Of a stretch of DNA of 64,000 nt, positions 1 through 12,864 are shown piece after piece (the first letter of the stretch is position 1; every line of letters begins with the position of its first letter). This stretch comes from Pocillopora damicornis (lineage: Eukaryota), in contig NW_020843606.1 in NCBI RefSeq assembly GCF_003704095.1, forward strand, positions 248,001-312,000, given 5' to 3'. The notes under the pieces were generated by a model, which saw only the letters and a list, made by a program, of their open reading frames with translations, made no database searches and was not told the DNA's origin. Position numbers and translations under genes: made by a program.

Positions 1-3000
1 TCGAATACATCACATGGATGATTTATTCGCATTTTTTAAAATATTCTGATGTGGAAGAAAGAGGAGCTTTCGTTTAAAATATACTGACTTAGTGAAGGAA
101 TATTTTGACTTCTATTGTAATGCAAATACGGAGATCAGGTGAGGTTCTCTATTGTTCATTGTTGTACCAGTTCAAAACAAAGACCTCTTTCATAGCAAGA
201 AAGAACTCCGGAAAATGTCAATTTTCAACCGATTTCTCTCAAAACATACAACTCTGTCGGGGGCTCAACTTAAAAACAAACGAGGGAAAGAAAGGAAGTC
301 GAAGCTGGCCGATTTTCTTACGATAAAATCGATTGTTTTCAAAGTACGATTGCGGTTTGACAGACATGTTTACGTACTAGAAAACAAGTACCTTATTGGT
401 ACACGGAATTTTGATATCGATTGAAATCATAGATTTTTAAATCAGTATTTAATGTAGTTTATAATTTGTCCTCCAATTTAACAAAATTTTCAGCTAGTCT
501 AGGAATGTACCGTTTACGCGCGGGTCAATTCTCAATGTGTGGGTTATCGAGACTCTAAGCCGTTATTTTACTGAAGTTAAAAAAAATTGTAATATCAAAA
601 AAGCGTTTGCTATCGCCAATATCAGATAATTCGAATTTAATCCAAATATATTGATGTTTGGCAACGGTAGGTTTAAATATCGATTTCCTGAATCCTAAAT
701 CCACTACTGACAGTGAACGATTGTTATATTTTTATTTCATTGGTTGGAATTTCAGGTCATTTCTAAATATATAGTTAGCCTATATTTAGTCGAAGATGTG
801 TAGTTTCTGAATGATTAGGCTGCTAATTTGGAATGGAGAGCCCGAGCGGTAGAGGGGCACTTTTCTCGGTACTTAGATAATACTTACATGTTGCAACGGT
901 TTCGTTACGAAAAAAGGATTGTCAAGAAAAATAGTCTCTTAAAACTTACCCCCTAAACCAAATAAGATGACTTATTATTAAATGAAATATGACTTTATCG
1001 TATATCTTGACTTACAGTTTATAAATATCAACTCCATTAGCGTTTTACTCAAATCTAGAGAAAGAACCAGTTCGTTTTGTCCATTCGCGAAGGTTTATAA
1101 TGTCCTTATGTACATTGCTACGGAACTCCGACCAAGATAATATTAACTCATTTATTGAAGAAAACACATGAGAAAGCTCTGATCTAAACCCCATCGCCAG
1201 GTTCTATGGTCTAAAGAAGGTGTTTAGAGATAACCCAAATGATGCATCTCTTCCACTTTTGGACTCTTGCAACCTCTCCTCAGTGAAACTTAGCCAAAGG
1301 GTTGTACATAAATCCAATTTTCTTATCTTTTCTTCGCCCTTTGCTTGACAATTTACGAATGACATAGGCGCTGCGCTCTAAAATATATACAAACACCACA
1401 ATAATAGTAGATGAGTGTAATATTTATTAAACATCCGTTTTCTAAGGATCAAATCGCCTCTATTAGGCTACACAACGGAAACAAATTTACAGCATTCACT
1501 GCATTCAAGCGGGATACTTAAGCTGCAATGATAACCTTTGTGAAGTCGCTCTTAAATTTAGTGGAATCTAGCTGTGATTCTTTGCTACAAAGCTCTTTGT
1601 CTTTCTTGACAAACTTTTGTGAAGACCTGAGTTGGATTCGGTCAACATGACGCCAAATCCAGCGTATGTTTACAAATCGAATTGACATCTTTGCATATAT
1701 TACAGACTAGTGGTAACTGAAAATTTTGTTAGAAGTATACAATTTAATATGATTTAATCCAGAGCTTTTTTTTCTGGTTTATAATTCTGTTAGCGCCTCA
1801 AGACACTGAAACACTTAATTATTTTGTTTTTTTTTGGTTTTTTTTTACTAATTCGCGTGCAATAAGTTCACTTTTTTATATATGTGAAAAATTGTTTTTA
1901 TTTTGGTACCTCTCACTTTCTATTTTTGCTGTTTTTCGAGGGCCCTCAAGAAAATTTCTCACAGGAATAAGTCCACTTTCTCTCCAATATAATTGAGACA
2001 AATTAATCTTGTATTTGTCTCAGTGTGTATTTATAGAAAATAAAATATGAGTGATTTGTTTCGATCGAGACAATAAGTTAACAGAAATCCACGCTGTATT
2101 GATGACGGGGTGGAATGTCTGGTAGGAAACAGAAATGGTGTTTTTGATGCCATGAAAAGAAGCGCTTTTCCAAACAACGCCCGCACTTAAATTAAATGTC
2201 TGCGCCGGTATTCCGTTGTAATCAGAAATTGTGAATCCTGCGTCCAAATTGAGAATTTGATCATGTGATTATTATTTTAAAGCTGAACTGTGAGATCATT
2301 TTCAAGGAACGATAGATTTCCTCTTATTAACTCGCTTAGGCAAAGTTTGCGAACTGCTAATTAGCCGATTCAGTTGTCCAATACCAACTTGTTTTCACAT
2401 GTGTTTGCTGAATCATTTTTCCCCGTTTCTTCCATGATCATTTGTTATTGCAAGGTTTTTGTTTTGACATGGCTTCAGATCGTTGTTATCTTACACTTTA
2501 GAAGGTAAAACTGAATGATCTGTTGTCTATCGGTTATCACAGCTTCATTGACATATTGAAAATATGAATTACTATCCTGCCGAGTTACACTGGATGCTAA
2601 AGATCGGTGCACCTAATTACAAATTGCTTGGGATTTTTTACGCATGGTTGAAATAAATTAGGGAGTAGAAGCTGCACAGCCAAAACTGCTTGTTTACAGC
2701 AATTAGACAATGATGTCGTCAAGGGAAATTTACCTACGCGATTTTCAGTTTCGATAAAACAAAAACCTATGCAAATTTTACGATTGAGTGCACTTGGTTC
2801 CAAAATAGTGATTTCGACTGAAGTCATACAATTCGTCGAAAAGTTGCATCATCTTTTTTTGCGAAACGTTGCGTAACGTTTTTGCAATGACGAGTTAGGC
2901 TTCTGTTCCTTTATGCACTACTTCAGTTCTGTATAACTGAAAAAAACTGGCTTTGCATATGATATGTTCACAGTTTAATTCAGTTTTCTGGTATATTTAT

Positions 3001-5615
3001 GAAGTTGATGAATGTTGTTTGGTTGACTGAATTTTTTTTCTGTTCAATGAAGACTCTTGAATCGAAGCAGTTTCATTGATTGCTTGATTGTGGTCTCCAA
3101 ATGCCATTTTGCGTTTTCAAGTCTCACTAATTGACCACACGGTTAGAACCGCAACTATTTGCCGAGACATCTTGCAGTTTAGGCTCCGAAGTATTTTTTA
3201 AATTTTTTCCAATTGTTATCGATGGAAAAGTAGTTCCTTATCAGCCATAGTCTAACTCAAGGAAATAAATCGATTTCTACGCTTCAAAGTTCAGTCCCAA
3301 ACGTCAGAATATGATCCCATCGTAAATGAACTTTTGAAGACCTAAGAGCTTTAATGTGCCGTAGGCGGTTAACTACATAAACTATGCATAATACAAGGTT
3401 AGACAATCATACCTTTACGGGGTTATTTCCAGCTGTATGACTAGCGACAACATTTTGAATTTGATATCAAAACATTCAACTCACATGTAGATTCGCTGTT
3501 TCATTTGCATACGTGAAAATGAAACTATTCGACCTAAACCTATAAACTGTAAGATTTTGGTGAAAGATAATCTAGAGTTGGCAAATGAACTTGCTAAGTA
3601 GACATAATCATATTGATTAACATCGGAACAGGAGAATTTTGACAAAAATATACGTGCTTTTCAGTGGAAAATAACACATCGCACCAAAATCTAAGCAATA
3701 TATCTAATATCTAACCGAAAAATACCCAACCGACGTGCAACTGAACTAGCGTGGGACTGAAGGCGTAATGCCATGGAAACTCTTGAAATATCTTTAATTT
3801 TTCATTGCACTACACTCCAGGAAGTCCATTTTCGGAACAATAGAGTCATTGCGCAAGGGAAAACTGAAGAGGTCTGACTAGACTCGTACCGATTATTTGC
3901 GGTTTTGCGTATCATGATTCGCTGCTTCGGAGCAATTCGCCTTGGCCGTTTATCTATGAGTTTCTCATCTTAGTCTCCATGTGCTTGTTCAAGTGATCGA
4001 GAGTACAGCGAAGATTTTTACCTTTACAAGATCAAGTTCAGGTTTGGCATAGTTTCAAATGTTTTATTTCCTTTTGGGTTCAATCGTTTTTCGCTTGAGT
4101 TGTTGTGACGCGCATTCACACCTTTCGCTATTTCAGTGGCGGGTTTCCTCGCGTGTTATATTTGCTTTTGACTGAAATTGTATCGTCTTAAAACAGAAGA
4201 TTATGCCCTCTGTGGCAAAGATGGCCCTGAGCTCTCCTTTTTGTTTTCTCACTTTTGAAGTTGTTGAGTTACTCATGACAAGTATTTCGCACAAAGGATC
4301 TCTAAAGTATCGCAAATTTTTGCCAAAGTTTGTCCCGTATTAAAAAAATCCCTCAGTGCTGATTCAAAGGTTTATCACAGATTCATGAAATTCTTTAGTA
4401 CAACCTTCCGGAAAAATATCAGATGTGGTCGAACCGCGTAGTGAAAATTGAAAGTAAAACTATTTCGTCAGCATAAACATTAAGTAAATATTTTAAAAGA
4501 ATGTGTTGAATTGACAAAAATCGCTAAGCGGAACTCACTACTGCGTCATCAAATCTAACACATTTCGAATGGGAATTTCCAAGGGTTTTTCTCTTTCCTG
4601 TGTAAAACTGATTTCTGTCAAACTTGAAGCTCAGACGGTAAGCTCTCTTTTAGAATTAAGTTCATCATGATAGTGTGCTCCACTTTTCGCGTTTGGTGAT
4701 TTCATTTCCGTTTTGTTATACGGAATGATATTCTGCCGAAGAGGCGGTTTTGGTTCAAAACCAAGACGTTCCGGAAAATGTTGAACAACTTTAAATGTAT
4801 TAGCCCATTAGGTTGAATTAAGAACTTTGTAATTGCTCATGAGTGAAAAAGGAATATTCTAGCGAGTGCTGATGTAAAGGCATCTTTCATTTACCTGTCG
4901 AAAGGTTTCTCAAACTGTACCTGAAGAAGATGGATTATAAAATTTTCAGCTCGGTCATCAAATGATAAAAGATTACATCCATTTTCCAATGATATGGTAT
5001 TAAGAAAAAAATCTTACTTATCCACCAGAATTCGGGCCTTAAACTTTTAGATTTTGCGGTGCGATGTTCCAGAAGAGAAAGCTTCTATACAGAGCCATAC
5101 CGTCTTTGTTTACATATAAAAGTGGAATCTTAACGGTTCGGGCGAAATCTATACATCGTTTGGACAGTTTTTCCGATATGAATGGTGAAATAGATAAAAA
5201 CCATTAATCCTGTCAAAATTAGTAGTTAAAGCTTTATTGTTTTAAGAATATAATTGTTATAGAATTTACTGGCAGAGGGCTCGTAGATTGGCGATTAAAC
5301 CGATTTTCATTAATCTGTGATTTTGACGCGAAAAACAAGAAGAAAAAAAAGCCCCGTGAACACATATTATATTACTGTCTGTTCTACAGTCTGACGAGGG
5401 ATTAAGAGAAATCATTACTTGAGAAATATTCTGGATTTTTCCAAAATACATGTCCAGTCAAAACTTGTTCCTTTATTTAGTTGTTTACAATAGGAAATCG
5501 AAACTTTCTTTCATTTGAGTTTCGCACGCCGTAGGTTAATTCGGCTTGTCTTCAACTTACCTGTGGAAACTTTCTCTTTTCTTTAGTGATTTCAGGTTAA
5601 TTTTCTAACAAAGAG

Positions 5616-5772
5616 ATGCAGCCAATAAAAGAAAGGCAAATAAAGCCTTATCAGTGCAAACATTGTCCGAAGTCTTTCAAGAGCTCTAACGGTTTGAAGT
5701 ATCATTTGGAAAAGGTACACTTTGACGAAGAGAACAAAATGGAAGAAGGGAAGAGCTTCTTTTCAATGGAAG
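5616..5772 (+). CDS. C2H2 zinc-finger exon (YQCKHCPKSFKSSNGLKYHLEKVH), predicted first coding exon of the HBP1 gene
   Basis: Canonical C-x2-C-x12-H-x4-H finger. The AG|GTATGA donor at 5772/5773 is phase 1 and joins the acceptor at 8368 in frame (G+AA=Glu). An upstream acceptor-like tttcag near 5596 suggests a non-coding 5' exon. Confidence 0.75.
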
Positions 5773-8700
5773 GTATGATAGGCAGATTATGTATTTCTCG
5801 CTTGTTCATAAATGCTATCGTTTTGTTCAAGAATGAAAGGGGAATTTTTCACGAGTAGAAATTCTCTAGATAACTTTCTAAACAAGCCTGCTCTTAGTCC
5901 AGACAGCTTCAGATAAATGTTTTGAATGGAAACATGGTGTAATCCGCTCTAAATTTGTAGCTGCATTTTTAAACCATGAGAGTATATGATTGATAAAAGC
6001 GAACCTTTTCAGTGATGAATTATTGAACTAAAGTACGATCGTCATTTCAGGGAAGATTTCATCCGTCTTTTGTTTTTTTTCCGCGTCATTTCAGATTTGT
6101 TAAACCGCCCTTAAATGCTTTTTAACACCTCTATCATTGTTGTCAATAAAAATTACCGATATATCTTTGATGTTGAATAAATTGTCCGTAAACTGTGGTA
6201 AATTAAAGCCAATAAAAATCGTTCTTTTCTTCCGTGATCGTTTGGTAAGTTTATCAGAGAAGTATGTTTCCTGAATTACAAATAAAATTTTGAGTCATCC
6301 TCAGGATATTTTAAGTGGAGTAGGAATCCGTTTCCTGTCTACGTAAAAATGAAAGTGGAGGATAAAAATTGTTCAAGTACGCTCACGAAAAAAAAGATCG
6401 TAATTTAATGAGATTCAACGGATTTTGTTTCACTTGTCAGCAAAGATATTCTTTCCTAACCATCTCTCGCAGGTGTACTTAGCTAATGATGTTTAAGAAA
6501 AACTGATCTTTCTTAAAAAAAAAAAAAGCCTCCAAACGGTAAAACTCAGAAAAGTATGAGCCAAACAAGCGAAGGAAATGACTGAGATTCTCGTTGAAAA
6601 AAAAAACTGTTAAATCTTGAAGTCAATCACAAGACATAATTGTGCGACAAGTCTGTCTGATCGAGAAAGATTATATGATTTTTCCGTCCAGTATGTAGAA
6701 GTGTGTGAAGTTTTAATAGTTTCTAAAATCGGAAAATTTTCTTAAATGGGATGCCTCATAGAGGACTTTTAAGTAGAATGGGAGGACAGAATCCTTCATG
6801 TCCTTATCTTAACAAGTATTGATCTGATACACAGACAGATTAATCCTTAATATCTAAACTAGCTTTCACACGTCACTTCCCTTTACGAAAGGATGAACAC
6901 AACAGCTTGGCACTCGCAGTTTCGATTTGTACCCTGAAAAAAAAATTGAGCTTAACCTCTGTTTTGATTTCACCAAAATCAGCTGATTCTAACAGGTTTC
7001 CGGCCACGAGATATTACACATGATGGCAAAACCGAATGAAATGGCTATCCCGTCGGTTCCGGTTCTTAAACCGGGCATGACTCATCTGAAAGCACGTGAT
7101 TATGGCGGACAAGAAATTTCACTAAAAGACACCTGCTATAACGCTGTGGAAAGAATCTTCTTTCGACTTAACTTTTAGCCTGATGCCTGCGCCGATTTCA
7201 GCGTTAAGTCCTGCGTAGAATAAATTCAATCTTTTAATACAATTGGAAAAGCCCAGGTAACCTTTAATCAAAAATAAAAAAGGCCGAGGACTTTACACTT
7301 TTAAAACAAGTTTCGCAGCCAGCAATCTTCAAACGTGTTCCGGCCCTGCATGTCCGCTTAAAGTAGTGTAAATTTCTGCTTGAACAAACAATCAAGCGTA
7401 GATGTCTGTATTTTAATCTGAAGCATGCCATTGCATGTAAATGAAAGAAAAATATTTTGGAAACTTTAAATAAATAGAGTGTTCAAAATTTTGTGCTCTG
7501 ACGAATGTGACACTCTCGCAAGCGATTTAAATAGAGGTGGAGATTATGTTGCAACTTTTACTGCCGAAGAAATTTATCATTTTGTCGCGAGTATAGTTGT
7601 TTAAAAATCTATTTTCGGTGGAATTAAAGGATCTTGGCCCACTCTCATCATTCAAAATCGCCTATTCATTGATGAGTTAAAAGCGTGCGGATGCTATTAA
7701 GCAAGGTATGAGAAAAGGCTATCACAGGATCCTAGCAAAATTCAGGACGTATTTCGCATACAAACCTAGAGTTTGATCCTTGGCTCGCGGGCAAGTTCTT
7801 TTTAGCTAACTCGGTAAAGCTGAAAAATCACACCCTTCTCGCGAAAATTATTTAATATAGAATCAGTTAAGTTATTAGAAGTTTACGACTCACGATAATG
7901 TGATAAAAGCGACTGTAAGCTGCGTCACAAGCATTCTTCAAAACAATTTCATGCTTTACATACATTTTTTTCCAGTTTTGATGTTGTTAAAACTACTAGA
8001 GAGTATTTTTTACTCACTTACTTTACCTTTCATTAAACAAAATTGCTTTCTAAATGAATTCAGCAAGTGAATTCAGCATTTTTAGACCAGTCCTCAAAAC
8101 AAGAATGAAATGTTTATACAATCAGTTTTTTTTTTTTTTTACCCGTCAGCCTGTTGTATTTAGATATTTCGTAATCATGAACTTATGTGCGCAACTGCTG
8201 TGATCGTTATGATGTTTTTGTCTCGCAAGCCGTTGGATACTACTTGTTGAAGAAAATGTCGAGTCTGAACTCAGCCACCATGTTATTGTGAAACTAATCA
8301 AATACGTTAAATTTCGTAACCGAGATCTTTCAGTGGCATTAAACCTTTTTTTTCCTTCATCATTCAGAAATGCCTGCAAAGCCTCGCACCATTCCCCCGG
8401 CCCTAAATCTGCGCGCAGAGGAAGTAACTTTACTGACGGAGTTTGCCCTGATTGCTACCAGTCCACAAAGTCCTCTGGTGAGAGAAGTAAGCGGGGAGAA
8501 CTCTTATGTCAAGCGCCGTGAAGATGACAGTCCACCACCTCAGCTTATGGTATGTAGATGGAATACTGGGTGGAGAAGAGATAGTTTTCCTTTAACTGCA
8601 CCTTTTATATGTGTAACGTGCAATTGCTTTCATCTTTCTTGCTTTGGATGGAAAAATGAACGCTATGCAGTGCAAATTCAGAAATACCATACATAACATT

Positions 8701-11700
8701 AAAATTAGGAGATTTAGGAACCATTCAGGAGGGGTTTGGTTGTATCCCAATAAAATTTACCTGATCCCCTGATAGGAGGGCTCTGTAATATTCTAGTGAT
8801 CGTCTTTCTCACCCCTCCCCTTTCCTTTCCCCCCCCNNNNNNNNNNNNNNNNNNNNNNNNNNNNNNNNNNNNNNNNNNNNNNNNNNNNNNNNNNNNNNNN
8901 NNNNNNNNNNNNNGGGGGGGGAGATATTTTGAAAGATAATTTGGTTTTATCAACCGAGTTGATAATGCAGATTGGCCACTGGAAAGAGTTTCTTAAGCTG
9001 ATTTTTCGAGCGTTAGCCCCTCGTCAGAGCGAGTTTTGAACGTCTTCTCTGCCATTTGCCTTTTGCATTTTCACTTCCCTTCCTACCTCCATTGCTTGCC
9101 GAAAAACCGCCAATGTAAGTGGTCTAGACGGCTTCTGTGTCCGGCAACAAAGACCGCACGGTTTATAAGGAAATAAAAACTGACTGCCCATAGAAATATA
9201 AATAGTTAATTATATTATCTTCGCGTTTCCGTTTGCGTAAATAAGTCGGTAAATCAATATATTTTAAATTGCATGATATTTCGATGTTGGCTTGAGATGA
9301 AAAAGTGTTATTTCCAAATAAAGAAGTTTCTAGATCACAGCGCCTTCCGGAATAAATTTCTTTGAACTGAAAGGAAATTCCGCTTTAATTGCACGTAGGG
9401 GCTAAAAATATTCAACTGTATTCATTTTTTCCGGGAATCTGTTGATATGCCTGAGGCATGGGAAATGCGTGGTTTTCAGGAAAAGGTTGAAGCCATTTGG
9501 CGAAATGTGATTAAGTGTAAGGGTCGGTTGATCGTTTATGATATGAGTTGTGAGAGAGTTTTCAAGTCTACCAGAATATCAAAGAAATATGTAATTAAAG
9601 AGTTTAAAAATCTTTATCATGATTTTCTTATCAACAAATTCTAAAAACACCGTAATACATATACAGAATATCACGACTAAGGACAGTATCCTTCTATTTT
9701 TAGAATTTTTCATTGCCTTCTTTGAGGCATTTAATATTGTTCAAAACTTGTTTCTTTTTTTTTGTCAATTCAACTTATAGCGATTTTCGGTAGTCTTTGG
9801 AAAATATTTACAACAGCGCAAGCACAAACGTTCAAACAAACTTTGGAAAACTTTTGCGTGGTAGAGACAGTTGATAGTATCTTTCAGTGGCTTAAGTGTA
9901 CGCAAACTTTATATCTATTATCTGTTCTCCTTTTTAGGATCTTCAGTCCACTGGTAATTGGCGATGTGTTTCAAAAAACACTTCAGAAAATCTATCACAA
10001 ACAGAATTGCTAAACACTACACCAGCTGCCAAGCGGCAATATTTTATGGCGGGAACCAAATTGAGTTTCCCGGATGAAGATGGCTGGACATGGCGAACGG
10101 TCGACGATCTCGATATGGATGAAATATCCGCTGACATGTTTCGGGATGGACTTCGAGTCATGGACTACCAGAGGATTGAAGCGAAATTTGATAACAATAC
10201 TACGGTATGTTAAGAGTTTGGTTTGTTAAGATTGAATTATTTCCCCTTTTATTTGTTTAGGGTACAAGTATAGCAATTTACTAAAACGAAGAGGAAGCAT
10301 GGCCTCTTGTAAGCCTCTTCTTTTTTAACCTGCTGACTGATTTATTGACCGTTTCAAAGTAATTGTTAAACAGACTGACTAAGTAACTGACAGACCGACT
10401 TATGGATTGACTTATTGCTGCATAAGTAACGAACAGGTAAATAAAATTGTTGACAAACTGAATCGCTTGATGGTTTACTCAGTGACTTAGTTACTAACTC
10501 ACTGACCGACCGAACGATCAACTGAAAGATTGATTGACTCACCAACTGACTGAATGACATTTCGCTGATTGTTCGCTCATAAGCCAATTCTACAAATGCC
10601 TCGACTAAAAATGTTTAGTTTACCGACCCTTAAACCCTCCTTTATTCCTTACTAGGATGAATTCATCGTAACTTTCAAATCATGCAGTAATGAAGAAACA
10701 AGTTTTCAAGCAGAAATCACCGCTGATCATCCGTTCTTCGTCAAGGGTGCAGACACAGCAGGTTGGGCGTCGTTTGACCCAGCAGCGACCGAATCGCATT
10801 ATGGGATAAGTTGCCAGCCATTGCGACGTGATGTCTGTGTATTGCCATATGACTCAGAAGTGGGATTGACTTTGAACGGAAAGCAATTGGATGGAAAGGA
10901 GAAAACGTACGTCAAATAAGAGCATTCTCTATCATACACCGTATTTTTAGTTGCTTATCAATAATTTTTTTCCTATTTTAGGTCTGAATTTACTGCCATG
11001 GATTCCACAGCCGCTCTTACACTCAGTAGTATGGCCAAGGTATGTGCAAGGAGATAAACAATAAACCGTCGTGTGCCACAGGTCTTCCAGAAGCCTGGAA
11101 CGAGTCAGGCAACCTACGAAGTTTATGAGAAATGTCAAAATAGCCTTATATAGAGAAGATAGAATTGTATGATAAAGTTTAATCTTGGTTGTAAAATTAC
11201 GAATAATCTTTTTCATATAACAGGATAAAGAGGAACACAGTCACCGAAGAACCAAACTTTTCTCAGGGTCCCACAGTCCACCCAGCCCGGTTAAAAGAAA
11301 CAATACGCATCAGTTTAACAAAAGACCAATGAACGCCTTCATGTTATTTGCTAAACGCTTTCGATTGGAAATAACTCAGGCTCATCCAGGCAAAGACAAT
11401 AGGTAAGCATGTATTTTTCACGATCGTGGTTGAGGTGGGGAGGGAGGGGGAGGAAGGGTAGATAAGCAGAATTTTTTTATCAAGAGGGGGGAGAGGGTTA
11501 AACACCGACGTTTCATTGCGAATAAGAACATATTTCAATTTTTTATTTTTCAAAAGAACTGAAAGATCTTCAGAGCAGAAGGGTTGAGTAAACATACCTC
11601 CTTGAACCATCCCCTAAGAAATTTCTTGCATGGCTTTATAAAAAAATTCAGTAAATCCAGTAGGTGTCGATCTGGTCACTTCTTTTGTTAGAATTTTGTT

Positions 11701-12864
11701 CCCTATGCGAGGACGAAAATAAAGTATTCTATCTATTTGAAAGGTATATAAACACACTGTCTCGGTAATGTTATTCTATATGTAATTATGTAATTAGTAA
11801 AGTACTGTGATTTAGTATTCTCTCATTAGACCATTTTAGCTTTTGAAGACTGGCCCTAGATTTTATTTTAAGAATGACCAAAACCGATAAAGATGACGAT
11901 GTTTTAACGCCTCATCATCGCTTTTTTTAGGGCAATAAGTGTGATTCTTGGTGACAAATGGAAGGCCATGAAGCAAGAGGATAGGAAAGAGTATGTGCTC
12001 CAAGCAAAACTGTTAGCGGATGAACACAAACGAGTGAATCCAGACTGTTGGAAGAGAAAGAGAACCTCTGAGGTCAGTTTATAACTCTTCTTTCTCCTGA
12101 CATTTCTAATCTAACATCCAGATCTCGAGCTCGAGATTTCTCTCGCGTGATAGCTGATGAGGGCGAAGCTCGAATCAACTATCACGCATAGAAATCAAGA
12201 GCGAATAACGCAATTGTTTTAGCATAAATTTTCTAGTCTTTTAAAACTTTACAACAAGACAAGCTCACGGCTTTGTTCAGGCCACTCACTTCTCGCTGTT
12301 TATCACGGAATAGCGACGATTATCGTAGCCATTCGGATTGCAGCATTTATAATAGAATGCCAGGCAATTTATGTTGAAAATACGTATCGGCTAAGGCTAT
12401 AGTTGGGAGAAAACACATCGCTATCAGCTCAATTCTTACGGTGTCTCAAGCGATATACTGGGTTCTTTTATCTGTCGTGATCTGGAGGGATATGAATTCA
12501 GGGAATTGGAAAAATTAGTTGAAATACAAGTGATGAGGTAATTTTGGAAATACAACTTTTAGCTTTTAGAGGTTGTAGGCCACGTTAGGCGAGATGCTGT
12601 TACTGATAACCGAAGATTTCTTGAGAATCTCAACACGAGCTCTCGTTAAACAGCGGTCATTTGAGCCTCGTAGACGCGAGGAAGAAAATTAGACAACTGA
12701 AGAGAGAGACACGCAACACAAATTCTACCATGTTTATTTTCTCAACAAAAAAAAAAATTCACAAGTCCACTTTCTTTGGTTACATCGTGCGAAGTTTCTT
12801 TAAACTAACTTCCACTTTAATTCCTTGGCAGGGTTCCTCCAAGATAAGCTACAGAAGACCATGA
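5616..12864 (+). CDS. HBP1: HMG box-containing protein 1 (HBP1): AXH + Sin3-interaction helix + HMG box, with a predicted N-terminal C2H2 zinc-finger exon; ~422 aa
   Basis: Hand-spliced exons 5616-5772, 8368-8549, 9938-10204, 10656-10906, 10982-11039, 11224-11402, 11931-12072, 12832-12864; all GT-AG, phases compatible, 1269 nt. Peptides match remembered vertebrate HBP1 motifs: LLTEFALIATSPQSPL; AXH YFMAGTKLSF...DHPFFVKG...GWASFDP...HYGISC...[69 protein letters not shown]...NPDCWKRKRT. The first (ZF) and last exons are less certain than the core. Confidence 0.92.
8837..8913. other. Assembly gap (77 N) in HBP1 intron 2
   Basis: N run flanked by poly-C on the left and poly-G on the right. Confidence 0.99.
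8933..9032 (-). mobile_element. Short hammerhead-bearing repeat (PLE pLTR/retrozyme-like), copy 1, in an HBP1 intron
   Basis: Minus strand reads GCT-CTGACGA-GGGGCTAACGCTC-GAAA-AA-TC-AGC, followed by ...gtggccaatctgcattatcaactcggttgataaaaccaaattatc. Similar to the copies at 13487-13650 and 45690-45838. Confidence 0.7.
12130..12201. repeat. Palindromic foldback element core
   Basis: The left arm gatttct..gcgtgatagctgat pairs with the right arm atcaactatcacgc..agaaatc around a gggcgaagctc hairpin. Confidence 0.7.

Noticed and set aside
1190-1260. Plus-strand peptide ARFYGLKKV resembling the Penelope RT motif PRFYGLPK
   Set aside because: The match is too short and the expected following PLRPI motif is absent.
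12149-12185. CTGATGA-gggcgaagctc-GAA as a further hammerhead ribozyme
   Set aside because: No GAAA/stem III/NUH arrangement follows. The motif is the centre of a longer DNA palindrome, better explained as a foldback element.
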